From assembly GCA_045627825.1 (NCBI GenBank), contig JAZQON010000052.1, positions 57,380 through 121,379 of the forward strand: a stretch of DNA of 64,000 nucleotides, written 5' to 3'. The notes below the pieces were generated by a model. That model was given only the letters and a program-made list of their open reading frames with translations. It was not told where the DNA came from and searched no databases. Source of the stretch: Acutalibacteraceae bacterium (GTDB taxonomy: Bacteria > Bacillota > Clostridia > Oscillospirales > Acutalibacteraceae). The translations under genes were made by a program, and so were the position numbers. Numbering within the stretch: position 1 is the first letter of the stretch; each line of letters opens with the position of its first letter. Shown in pieces: positions 35,960 through 44,213 of the stretch.

Positions 35960-35983
35960 AGGGCTTTAATGCTTCACTTTAAA
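35938..35983 (+). repeat. Tandem 23-bp duplication spanning the stop codon of the YitT-family gene
   Basis: GGGCTTTAATGCCACACTTTAAA (35938-35960) is immediately followed by GGGCTTTAATGCTTCACTTTAAA (35961-35983). 21 of 23 positions are identical. Confidence 0.9.
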
Positions 35984-35985
35984 TC

Positions 35986-36015
35986 TTGACAAGCCGATGT
36001 GAAATGTTATATAAT
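35986..36015 (+). promoter_or_regulatory. Candidate promoter for yebC
   Basis: TTGACA (35986-35991), 18-nt spacer, TATAAT (36010-36015). Confidence 0.5.
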
Positions 36016-36051
36016 AATAAAGTTAAATAACCGTGAAATGAGGTTTTAAAT

Positions 36052-36786
36052 ATGTCAGGCCATTCCAAATGGAGTACAATCAAACGCAAAAAAGAAAAAA
36101 CCGATAATGCCAGAGCCAAGGTGTTCACCAAAATCGGCAGAGAGATAGCAGTAGTCGTCCGTGAGGGCGGTCCCGACCCGGCTTCAAACTCAAAGCTTAA
36201 GGATGTTATCGCAAAGGCGAAGGCGAACAATGTTCCCAATGATAATATCGACAGAATAATCAAAAAGGCTGCCGGTGAAACAGGCGGAGCCAATTTTGAA
36301 AATATTGTTTATGAGGGCTACGGTCCGTCGGGCGTTGCCGTTATAGTTGAAGCACTTACCGATAACCGCAACAGAACTGCCGGCGATGTTCGTCATTATT
36401 TTGATAAATACGGCGGAAATATGGGTCAGAACGGCTGTGTTTCGTTCCTTTTCTCAAAGCAGGGCGTTATCGTGCTCGAGCAGGAGGGCGTTGACGAAGA
36501 AAAGCTTATGGAGGATGCTCTTGAAGCAGGTGCAACAGACTTCCTTTCGGATGACGGCGTTTTCGAAATCCGCACAGACCCGTATGACTGCGGTGCTGTT
36601 TCAACTGCTCTTTCGGAAAAAGGATATACTTTCCTTTCAGCCGAAACGGCATACATTCCCTCAACAAGCGTAACTCTTGCAAATCCCGATGATGTAACCG
36701 CAATGAACAAGATGCTTGAAATGTTTGAGGATAATGACGATATTCAGGGCGTATGGCATAACTGCGATAATCTTGATGAAGAGTAA
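36052..36786 (+). CDS. yebC: YebC/PmpR-family DNA-binding regulator
   Basis: MSGHSKWSTIKRKKEKTDNARAKVFTKIGREI is the hallmark N-terminus. Confidence 0.95.
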   Translation: MSGHSKWSTIKRKKEKTDNARAKVFTKIGREIAVVVREGGPDPASNSKLKDVIAKAKANNVPNDNIDRIIKKAAGETGGANFENIVYEGYGPSGVAVIVEALTDNRNRTAGDVRHYFDKYGGNMGQNGCVSFLFSKQGVIVLEQEGVDEEKLMEDALEAGATDFLSDDGVFEIRTDPYDCGAVSTALSEKGYTFLSAETAYIPSTSVTLANPDDVTAMNKMLEMFEDNDDIQGVWHNCDNLDEE

Positions 36787-36794
36787 TTGAAAAT

Positions 36795-36840
36795 AAAAAA
36801 TCCGGGGTTGTGACTGATGTCATGGCCTCGGACTTTTTTT
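36795..36840 (+). terminator. Rho-independent terminator after yebC
   Basis: TCCGGGGTTGTGAC (36801-36814), loop TGAT, GTCATGGCCTCGGA (the stem includes G-U pairs), followed by T7. Confidence 0.7.
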
Positions 36841-36946
36841 GAAGTTAGGAGAGAGGATGGAGGAGTGAGGACGGGCTCTGCCCGTACTCGTTTTTAATTG
36901 CGAAATCCGAATTAAAAAGTCCTTTAAATCTCTGAATTCTGAATTT
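36841..36946 (+). repeat. Modular intergenic repeat copy: purine tract, hairpin module, TTTTTAATT, CGAAATCCGAATT
   Basis: GACGGGCTCTGCCCGTACTCG (36870-36890) matches the 30003-30035 copy (reverse complement) at 19 of the first 21 positions. The downstream AATCCGAATT and TCTGAATTCTGAATT match the CCGAATT module. Confidence 0.75.
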
Positions 36947-36958
36947 TTACGGCAGATA

Positions 36959-36987
36959 TTGACTTTTGAAGTGAATAATTATATATT
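36959..36987 (+). promoter_or_regulatory. Candidate promoter for the FHA-M16-proBA gene string
   Basis: TTGACT (36959-36964), 17-nt spacer, TATATT (36982-36987). Confidence 0.45.
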
Positions 36988-37018
36988 ATATCATGTATAA
37001 ATATATCACGGAGGAATT

Positions 37019-37420
37019 ATGCTCGAACAGATGCTTGCAATATCCCGTTATGCGCTTCCTGCGCTGACGGTTATAATACTTGTTTTATGTTTTACGGCAC
37101 TTTTTAAGCGCAGAGCGCCGTCACTCGGCAATGCCGCACTTGTGAGCCTTGCAAACGGCGATGTTTTCAGGCTTACAAGCCGTGAAACCTCAATCGGAAG
37201 ATATAAAAACTGCGATATAGTGATGAATTATTCAACCGTTTCAAGACAGCATGCCGTTGTGGTATGCACCAAAAAGGGCTGGTATATAACGGGCGCAAAG
37301 GCGGCATCAGAGGTGCTTGTTAACGGAAAAAACATTGATAAAAAAGTGTTTCTGAATAACGGGGATAAAATAACAATCGGCAGTATTACTTTTGTTTTCA
37401 AAAATGAACGGGTGAAATGA
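37019..37420 (+). CDS. Membrane-anchored FHA-domain protein
   Basis: One N-terminal TM, then FHA motifs (SIGRYKNCDIVMNYSTVSRQHAVV...NGKNI...GDKITIGSITFVF). Confidence 0.85.
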   Translation: MLEQMLAISRYALPALTVIILVLCFTALFKRRAPSLGNAALVSLANGDVFRLTSRETSIGRYKNCDIVMNYSTVSRQHAVVVCTKKGWYITGAKAASEVLVNGKNIDKKVFLNNGDKITIGSITFVFKNERVK

Positions 37421-38673
37421 TGAAAACCATTACCTTTGACAACGGCTTCCGCATTGTAATTCAGAATGAGGAGCACGCAAAAACCTGCGCTCTCGGAATA
37501 TGGGTTGCAAGCGGTTCGGCATATGAAACGCCGGAAACGGCAGGCACATCGCATTTTACGGAGCATATGGTTTTTAAAGGCACTCGGAGCCGCTCAACGC
37601 TTGATATTGCCCGTGAGACCAACGCAACCGGCGGAGAGATAAATGCTTATACGGCAAGGGAATACACCTGCTTTTATGCCCGTGTTCTGCCTGAGCATTC
37701 GCCCGAAATTCTCGATATAATTTGTGATATGCTCCGCTTCCCGAAGCTTTTGCCGGAGGATATCGAAACGGAAAAGGGCGTTATCGCCGAGGAATTTTCG
37801 ATGTTTGAGGATGACCCGGAGAGCCTTTGCAGTGATACATTTATAAAGAACATCTGGAGCGGAAGTATGCTCGGATACGATATTCTCGGAACAAGGGGAA
37901 ATGTTGCTTCTATGACCCGTGAAAAGCTCACGGAGCATATGAAAAAATTCTATGTACCCGAAAGAACGGTTGCTTCATTCTGCGGAAAATTTGATGAAGA
38001 AAAGCTTGTTGATATTTGCGGAAAATATTTCGGAGCGCTCGGAAATACAGGCTCAGTCATATCGCCGTGCGGAGCGGAATATCGAAAAAATATCACTCTT
38101 GTGAAAAAAGCATCGCTCCAGAATCAGCTTGTTATCGGCTTCCCCGGAATATGCACCTGCGACCCGAGACGGCATACGGCGGCGGTTATTTCGAGAATAC
38201 TTGCTTCGTCAACCTCGTCAAAGCTGTTTCAGCGTTTGAGAGAAGAGCTCGGATTGGTTTATTCGGTGGATTCATCCAATACGAAGCAGGAAAAAGCCGG
38301 ATATTTTGCAATATATATGGCTCTTTCTCCGAAATCGGAAAAAAGAGTGATTGAGGAAACGGTTAAAATCATCTCGGAATTTCCCGATACCGTCACCGCC
38401 GGAGAGCTTAAAACGGCGATTGAGCAGGGCGTTTCGGGTTATGTTACCGACAGAGAAAATATAGTTGATGTTGCCGAGGATAACGCAATCGAAACGCTGT
38501 TTTATAACAGCGTTGAACCGGTTGAAGATGTCATAAACGGCATTCGCTCGGTAACGCTCAGTGATGTGAAAAAGCTCTCAAAAGAGATGCTGAATATAAA
38601 AAATGCTTCGCTTTGCGCAGTGGGAAATGTCAAGTCGAAAAAGACATATAAAAAATATCTGGAAACGGTGTGA
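37417..38673 (+). CDS. M16 (pitrilysin/insulinase) family zinc peptidase
   Basis: The inverted zinc motif HFTEH is present (SHFTEHMVFKG). ATGA overlap with the FHA gene. Confidence 0.88.
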   Translation: MMKTITFDNGFRIVIQNEEHAKTCALGIWVASGSAYETPETAGTSHFTEHMVFKGTRSRSTLDIARETNATGGEINAYTAREYTCFYARVLPEHSPEILDIICDMLRFPKLLPEDIETEKGVIAEEFSMFEDDPESLCSDTFIKNIWSGSMLGYDILGTRGNVASMTREKLTEHMKKFYVPERTVASFCGKFDEEKLVDICGKYFGALGNTGSVISPCGAEYRKNITLVKKASLQNQLVIGFPGICTCDPRRHTAAVISRILASSTSSKLFQRLREELGLVYSVDSSNTKQEKAGYFAIYMALSPKSEKRVIEETVKIISEFPDTVTAGELKTAIEQGVSGYVTDRENIVDVAEDNAIETLFYNSVEPVEDVINGIRSVTLSDVKKLSKEMLNIKNASLCAVGNVKSKKTYKKYLETV

Positions 38674-38679
38674 TAGATT

Positions 38680-39468
38680 ATGATAAACAAAAAAGAAGTA
38701 AAAAGACTTGTTGTCAAGGTAGGAACTTCAACGCTTACCTATGATACGGGAAAAATCAACATCAGAAGAATGTCAATGCTTGCAAGAGTGCTCAGCGACC
38801 TTAAAAATGCAGGCATGGAGATAACTCTCGTAACCTCCGGCGCTATCGGAGTCGGAGTTGGCAAGCTGGGTCTCACTCAGCGACCCAAGGACACCCCGGG
38901 CAGACAGGCGGCGGCAACGGTCGGACAGTGTGAGCTGATGTTCCTCTATGATAAATTTTTCAGCGAATACGGCAACACCATAGGTCAGCTTCTTGTTACC
39001 CGTGACGATTTTGAGAACGAGGAACGCAGAGGAAATCTGAAAAACGCATTTATGAAGCTCTTCGAATACGGCGCAATCCCCGTTGTTAACGAGAATGACA
39101 GCGTGGCGGTTGAGGAAATCGTTTTCGGAGATAATGACAGCCTTTCGGCACATGTTGCAAGTCTCACTCAGGCTGATGCTCTTATAATTCTGACCGATAT
39201 TGACGGCTTGTTCAGCTCAAACCCCCGTGAGGATGAAAATGCTGTTCTTATTCATACCGTTGAGGAGCTTAACGATGATATTTTTGCTCTTGCCGGCGGA
39301 ACGGGAACAAGCAGGGGAACGGGCGGAATGATAACCAAGCTTCACGCCGCCGATATTGCAACAAAGGCGGGAATTGATACCGTTGTTATGAACGGTTCAG
39401 ACCCCGAGGATATATATAAGGTGCTTGACGGCAGACAGCTCGGAACACTTTTCAAGGCTAAAAAGTAA
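38680..39468 (+). CDS. proB: Glutamate 5-kinase (short form without PUA domain)
   Basis: RLVVKVGTSTLT N-terminus, VTSGAIGVG and VVNENDSV motifs. Confidence 0.93.
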   Translation: MINKKEVKRLVVKVGTSTLTYDTGKINIRRMSMLARVLSDLKNAGMEITLVTSGAIGVGVGKLGLTQRPKDTPGRQAAATVGQCELMFLYDKFFSEYGNTIGQLLVTRDDFENEERRGNLKNAFMKLFEYGAIPVVNENDSVAVEEIVFGDNDSLSAHVASLTQADALIILTDIDGLFSSNPREDENAVLIHTVEELNDDIFALAGGTGTSRGTGGMITKLHAADIATKAGIDTVVMNGSDPEDIYKVLDGRQLGTLFKAKK

Positions 39469-39480
39469 GGAGCGGACATT

Positions 39481-40722
39481 ATGTATATAAAGGAAATAGG
39501 CGCACGCTCAAAGGCGGCGCAAAAGAAGCTTGCGGTTGCAGGCTCGGCGGCGGTAAATGCCGCACTGCGTGAATGTGCAGACAGAATCAAGGCAAACAGC
39601 GAAAAAATTCTTGAAGCAAATGCCGCCGATATAGCGCTTGCCCGTGAAAACGGTATGGCGGAAGCAATGATTGACCGCCTTACTTTAACGCAGTCCCGCA
39701 TAGACGGTATGGCTCAGGGGCTCTGTGAGGTTGCCGATGAACCCAATCCGCTCGGAAGAATTCTCTGGGGCGAAAACAGACCCAACGGACTGAAAATAGA
39801 AAAAGTAACCGTTCCCATGGGCGTTATTGCCGTGATTTATGAAGCAAGGCCGAATGTCACCTCCGATGCGGCGGCAATCTGCCTTAAGGCGGGAAATTCG
39901 GTTATCTTAAAGGGCGGCAAGGAAGCGGCAAATTCCAATAAGGCTGTTGCGGATTCAATGAGAGAAGCGCTCGAAGAATGCGGAATTCCGGCTGATGCCG
40001 TTATTCTGATTGAGAATAATTCGAGAGAGATAACCGCAGAGCTTATGAAAATGAACGAATATGTTGACCTGCTTATCCCCAGAGGAGGAGCCGGACTTAT
40101 CCGCTCGGTGGTTGAGAATGCATCCGTTCCCGTTATTCAGACGGGTGTCGGTAACTGCCATGTGTATGTTGATAAATATGCCGATATAAATATGGCGGCG
40201 GATATAATCGTTAATGCAAAAACATCAAGAGTTTCGGTTTGCAATGCGTGCGAAAGTCTGCTTTTCCATAAGGATACAGCTGAAGAAGCACTCATTGTTA
40301 TAGGTGAAAGGCTCAGGGAAAAAGGCGTTGAAATCAGGGGTGACGAAGCAGTCTGTGCCGTTCTGCCCTATGCCGTTCAGGCATCCGAGGAAGACTGGGG
40401 CAGGGAATATCTTGACCTGATAATCAGCGCAAAAACCGTTTCGGATATTGACGAAGCGATAGAGCATATTTCAAAATACGGAACGGGACACAGTGAGGTT
40501 ATCGTTACCGATAATCTTGAAAGTGCACGCAAATTCCAGACGGAAATTGATGCGGCGGCGGTATATGTAAACGCTTCTTCAAGGTTTACCGACGGCGGAG
40601 AATTCGGCTTCGGTGCGGAAATCGGAATTTCAACCCAGAAGCTCCATGCAAGAGGACCTCTCGGCGTTTCGCATATGGTCAGCACAAAATATCTTATCAG
40701 CGGAAACGGTCAGATAAGATAA
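39481..40722 (+). CDS. proA: Glutamate-5-semialdehyde dehydrogenase
   Basis: About 413 aa. VIYEARPNVT, catalytic Cys context (VCNACESLL) and GTGHSEVIVT motifs. Confidence 0.94.
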   Translation: MYIKEIGARSKAAQKKLAVAGSAAVNAALRECADRIKANSEKILEANAADIALARENGMAEAMIDRLTLTQSRIDGMAQGLCEVADEPNPLGRILWGENRPNGLKIEKVTVPMGVIAVIYEARPNVTSDAAAICLKAGNSVILKGGKEAANSNKAVADSMREALEECGIPADAVILIENNSREITAELMKMNEYVDLLIPRGGAGLIRSVVENASVPVIQTGVGNCHVYVDKYADINMAADIIVNAKTSRVSVCNACESLLFHKDTAEEALIVIGERLREKGVEIRGDEAVCAVLPYAVQASEEDWGREYLDLIISAKTVSDIDEAIEHISKYGTGHSEVIVTDNLESARKFQTEIDAAAVYVNASSRFTDGGEFGFGAEIGISTQKLHARGPLGVSHMVSTKYLISGNGQIR

Positions 40723-40734
40723 GGAGAAATTGAA

Positions 40735-41616
40735 ATGGCAAAGAAAAAGAAAAACAGATTTGCGTTTCCGGTTGGCGTAATTGCTTTGATTCTGGCAGTA
40801 ATAGGACTTATTGCCGTTATAAAATTCGGTATCGGAGCCGTGAAAAATATTACGGATAATTCCGCAAAAAAAGCGGAATACGAAAAGTTTTTAACACCCG
40901 TTGTGATGTTTGACCCCGACCCGTTTGACGACCTTACTCAGGCTGATATCCCTCAGCTTGTAAACAGTGCCGTATGGGCGCTTTTGCAAAGTGAAAACGG
41001 AACGGAGGGTTATGCCTATTCCGACGGCGGAATAGTTGTTCCGCAGGCCGATATCGAAAAATATTTTACATCACTTTTCGGAAATGAAATTGACCTTCCC
41101 TCGCTCCATTCGTCAATTGATATGAGCGATTATGAAATAACCTATGATTCCGCAATGCAGAGCTATATTCTGCCGATAACGGGTATTGAATCGGCATATA
41201 CCCCCAAGGTTTACGATATCGAAAAGCAGGGAAGCTCCGTTATTTTAACCGTGGGATATATCGGAAACAAGGCGTGGGTTCAGATTGAAAACGGCGAAAT
41301 GACCGCTCCCGAGCCCGATAAATATATGAAAATCACGCTTCGTGAGCGTAACGGCGGAATGTATATTTCGTCAATTCAGAATACCGATGCTCAGGAGGTT
41401 ATAGCCGAAACGGCAAGATATGTAACAGAACCGCTTGAAACTCAGGCTGAAAGCGTTCCTGCCGAAAGCACGGCGGTTCAGCCGCAGACGGTTATAGCCG
41501 AGGTGACGGATGAAGACGGCGATACGGTTTATGACGATAACGGCGAAGTGATTACGGAATATGTTACCGTTGAAGCAACCGAAGAAGCAACAACGCAGGA
41601 AACAGTTGAGGAATAA
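40735..41616 (+). CDS. Hypothetical membrane-anchored protein with an acidic T/E-rich tail
   Basis: Basic N-terminus plus one TM, an extracytoplasmic domain of unknown family, and a low-complexity acidic C-terminus. Confidence 0.6.
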   Translation: MAKKKKNRFAFPVGVIALILAVIGLIAVIKFGIGAVKNITDNSAKKAEYEKFLTPVVMFDPDPFDDLTQADIPQLVNSAVWALLQSENGTEGYAYSDGGIVVPQADIEKYFTSLFGNEIDLPSLHSSIDMSDYEITYDSAMQSYILPITGIESAYTPKVYDIEKQGSSVILTVGYIGNKAWVQIENGEMTAPEPDKYMKITLRERNGGMYISSIQNTDAQEVIAETARYVTEPLETQAESVPAESTAVQPQTVIAEVTDEDGDTVYDDNGEVITEYVTVEATEEATTQETVEE

Positions 41617-41618
41617 TT

Positions 41619-44009
41619 ATGACTTCTTTTGAAAAGCACTCAAAATCACTTGAATTTGATAAGGTACTTGAAAAAGTGGCTGAATTTGCGAGCTGTGAAG
41701 ACGCAAGGGAAGCGGTTATGAGCTTAAAGCCCGAGAGCAATCTTGATTTGGCACGCTCTCTGATGAATCAGACTGTTGATGCTCATATGCTTCTTGCAAG
41801 GTTCGGAGGGCCGTCCTTCGGCGGCTTGAAGAATGTAAATAATGCGCTCAGCAGGGCGAATGCCGGCAGTGTTCTGAACACAAAGGAACTGCTTGATATC
41901 GGCGGAGTGCTTCGTGTTATCCGCACTCTTTCTCAGTGGAGAGCTTCAAATGCAGGCGTTCAGACCGTGCTTGACAGTCTTTTTTATGCACTTGCGCCGA
42001 ATAAATTTCTCGAATCGGAAATTTTCAATGCCATTGTGACCGAGGATGAAATTTCCGATAACGCATCCCGTGAGCTTGCGGAAATAAGAAGAAAAATAAG
42101 AGCACAGGAATCAAAGGTTCGTGAACAGCTTGAAAAATTCACCCGTTCTCAGACCCATTCGAAATATTTGCAGGAAAATATCGTAACTCAGCGCAACGGC
42201 AGATATGTTGTGCCCGTCAAGAGTGAATACCGCTCCGAGATTGCCGGACTTGTTCACGATTCATCGTCAAGCGGCGCAACGGTATTCATTGAGCCGATGG
42301 CGGTTGTTGAAGCAAACAACGAGATAAGGGTTCTCCGCTCAAAAGAGAGAGAAGAAATTGACCGCATTCTTGCCGCTCTTTCGGCTTCCGCAGGCGATTT
42401 TTCGCAGAGCATAAAGAACAGTTATGAATGTGCGGTTGAAATAAATGTTATTTTCGCAAAGGCGCAGTATGCCTATAAAATCAAGGGCTGGCCTGCCGTG
42501 CTGAACGATAAGGGGGTTATCAATCTCCGTCAGGCAAGGCATCCGCTGATTGACCCGAAAAAGGTCGTTCCCGTTGATATAATGCTCGGAAAGGATTTTG
42601 ATACCCTTGTCATAACGGGTCCCAATACGGGAGGTAAAACGGTTTCGATTAAAACCGTTGGTCTGCTCACGCTTATGGCTATGTGCGGACTGATGATTCC
42701 GGCAGGCGACAGAAGCGAGATTTCAGTTTTCGATGAAATTCTTTCGGATATCGGCGATGAGCAGTCTATCGAGCAATCGCTTTCCACATTCTCGGCGCAT
42801 ATGACTAATATAATCGGAATTATGAATGCGGCAGGGGACAGAAGTCTTGTGCTGATAGACGAGCTCGGCGCCGGAACGGATCCCGTTGAGGGTGCGGCGC
42901 TTGCAATGGCGATTCTTGAGGAGCTTCACAATAAAGGTGCAAAAATTGCCGCCACAACTCACTATGCGGAGCTTAAAGCTTATGCGCTTGATACTCCGAG
43001 AGTTGAAAACGGCTGCTGTGAATTTGATATTGTTACTCTGCGCCCGACTTACCGTCTGCTGATAGGCGTTCCGGGCAAGTCAAACGCATTGGCAATCAGC
43101 GAAAAGCTCGGACTTTCGGATTCGGTTATTTCAAGAGCCCGTGAGCTTATTTCAAGCGAAAACAGAGAATTTGAAAATGTTGTTGACCGTCTTGAAGAAA
43201 CAAGGCGCAAAATGGAAGATGAATATTCCAAAGCGAATGAGCTTTCGGAAAAGGCGGCAAAGGAAAAAGAGAACGCCGAAAAGCTGAAAGGCGAAATCGA
43301 AAAGCTCCGTGAGCAGGAGCTTGAAAAGGCGAGAACGCAGGCGGCAAAAGTTACCGAGCAGGCAAAGCGTGAAGCATATAATCTTTTGCAGGAGCTTGAA
43401 AAGCTCAAAAAGGAACAGCAGAAAACAAAGGATGCAACCGAGCTTGCAAGGCGTGCGAGAGCGCTGGTTAAGAAAGGCGTTATTGCGATTGATGCCGCTG
43501 TTGAGCCGTCATTTGTTGTTGACGATGATGAGGATTATGTTTTGCCGAGGGCACTCGTAACGGGTGATACGGTTATAATCAGAGATATCGGAAAGAGTGC
43601 AAAGGTGCTGTCTCCTGCTGATAAAAACGGAAATGTTGAGGTTATGGCAGGCTCGATAAAAACGAGGGTAAAGCTTTCAAATCTGCGCCTTGACGAGAAT
43701 GTGCCCCAAAAAGAGAAGCCGAAGTCCACGGCGAGAATGACGGGTGACAGCAGACTGAATATGGAAGCGAATACCCGTCTTGACTTAAGAGGGATGACGG
43801 TTGACGAATGCCTGCTTGAGCTTGACCGTTTTATTGACCGCAGTCTCAGAACGGGGCTGAATGAATTTACCGTTGTTCACGGAAAGGGCACCGGCGCACT
43901 CAGAGCCGCTGTGAATAATTATCTGCGTTCATCACCTTATGTCAAATCGCACCGTCTCGGAGTTTACGGCGAGGGCGAAGACGGAGTTACAATAGTTATA
44001 CTGAAATAA
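41619..44009 (+). CDS. mutS2: Endonuclease MutS2 (MutS domain V ATPase + Smr)
   Basis: Walker A GPNTGGKTV, long coiled-coil linker, and a C-terminal Smr domain (LDLRGMTVDECL...VVHGKGTGALR). Confidence 0.96.
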   Translation: MTSFEKHSKSLEFDKVLEKVAEFASCEDAREAVMSLKPESNLDLARSLMNQTVDAHMLLARFGGPSFGGLKNVNNALSRANAGSVLNTKELLDIGGVLRVIRTLSQWRASNAGVQTVLDSLFYALAPNKFLESEIFNAIVTEDEISDNASRELAEIRRKIRAQESKVREQLEKFTRSQTHSKYLQENIVTQRNGRYVVPVKSEYRSEIAGLVHDSSSSGATVFIEPMAVVEANNEIRVLRSKEREEIDRILAALSASAGDFSQSIKNSYECAVEINVIFAKAQYAYKIKGWPAVLNDKGVINLRQARHPLIDPKKVVPVDIMLGKDFDTLVITGPNTGGKTVSIKTVGLLTLMAMCGLMIPAGDRSEISVFDEILSDIGDEQSIEQSLSTFSAHMTNIIGIMNAAGDRSLVLIDELGAGTDPVEGAALAMAILEELHNKGAKIAATTHYAELKAYALDTPRVENGCCEFDIVTLRPTYRLLIGVPGKSNALAISEKLGLSDSVISRARELISSENREFENVVDRLEETRRKMEDEYSKANELSEKAAKEKENAEKLKGEIEKLREQELEKARTQAAKVTEQAKREAYNLLQELEKLKKEQQKTKDATELARRARALVKKGVIAIDAAVEPSFVVDDDEDYVLPRALVTGDTVIIRDIGKSAKVLSPADKNGNVEVMAGSIKTRVKLSNLRLDENVPQKEKPKSTARMTGDSRLNMEANTRLDLRGMTVDECLLELDRFIDRSLRTGLNEFTVVHGKGTGALRAAVNNYLRSSPYVKSHRLGVYGEGEDGVTIVILK

Positions 44010-44060
44010 TTCGGAATTCGGAATTTATGACGGGTTTCACCCGTACCCAATTATATAACT
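44008..44060. repeat. Modular repeat copy: CGGAATT heptamers plus hairpin module
   Basis: AATTCGGAATTCGGAATT, then GACGGGTTTCACCCGTACCCAATTATATAAC. It matches the 30003-30035 copy (reverse complement) at 23 of 29 positions, including TACCC and ATTATATA. Confidence 0.75.
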
Positions 44061-44070
44061 GTAAATTTAA

Positions 44071-44121
44071 AGCCTTTAACTTCTGAACATACAATGAGTT
44101 GTTTTTCAGAAGTTAAAGGCT
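44071..44121. terminator. Bidirectional terminator between mutS2 and htpG
   Basis: Perfect 17-bp arms AGCCTTTAACTTCTGAA (44071-44087) and TTCAGAAGTTAAAGGCT (44105-44121). The arms themselves contain the AACTTCT motif. Confidence 0.7.
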
Positions 44122-44143
44122 ATAATATTGCTTGTATAAAATT

Positions 44144-44205
44144 GGCGCTTGCGCCCCTTAATTCGGAATTCCGAATTAAAATCAGAGTGGGCGAAACCGG
44201 TTCTC
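44144..44205. repeat. Second modular repeat copy at the mutS2/htpG junction
   Basis: GGCGCTTGCGCC palindrome, AATTCGGAATTCCGAATT (44160-44177), and GTGGGCGAAACCGGTT hairpin module. The reverse complement aligns over about 44 nt with 36870-36913. Confidence 0.7.
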
Positions 44206-44213
44206 TGAAATTC

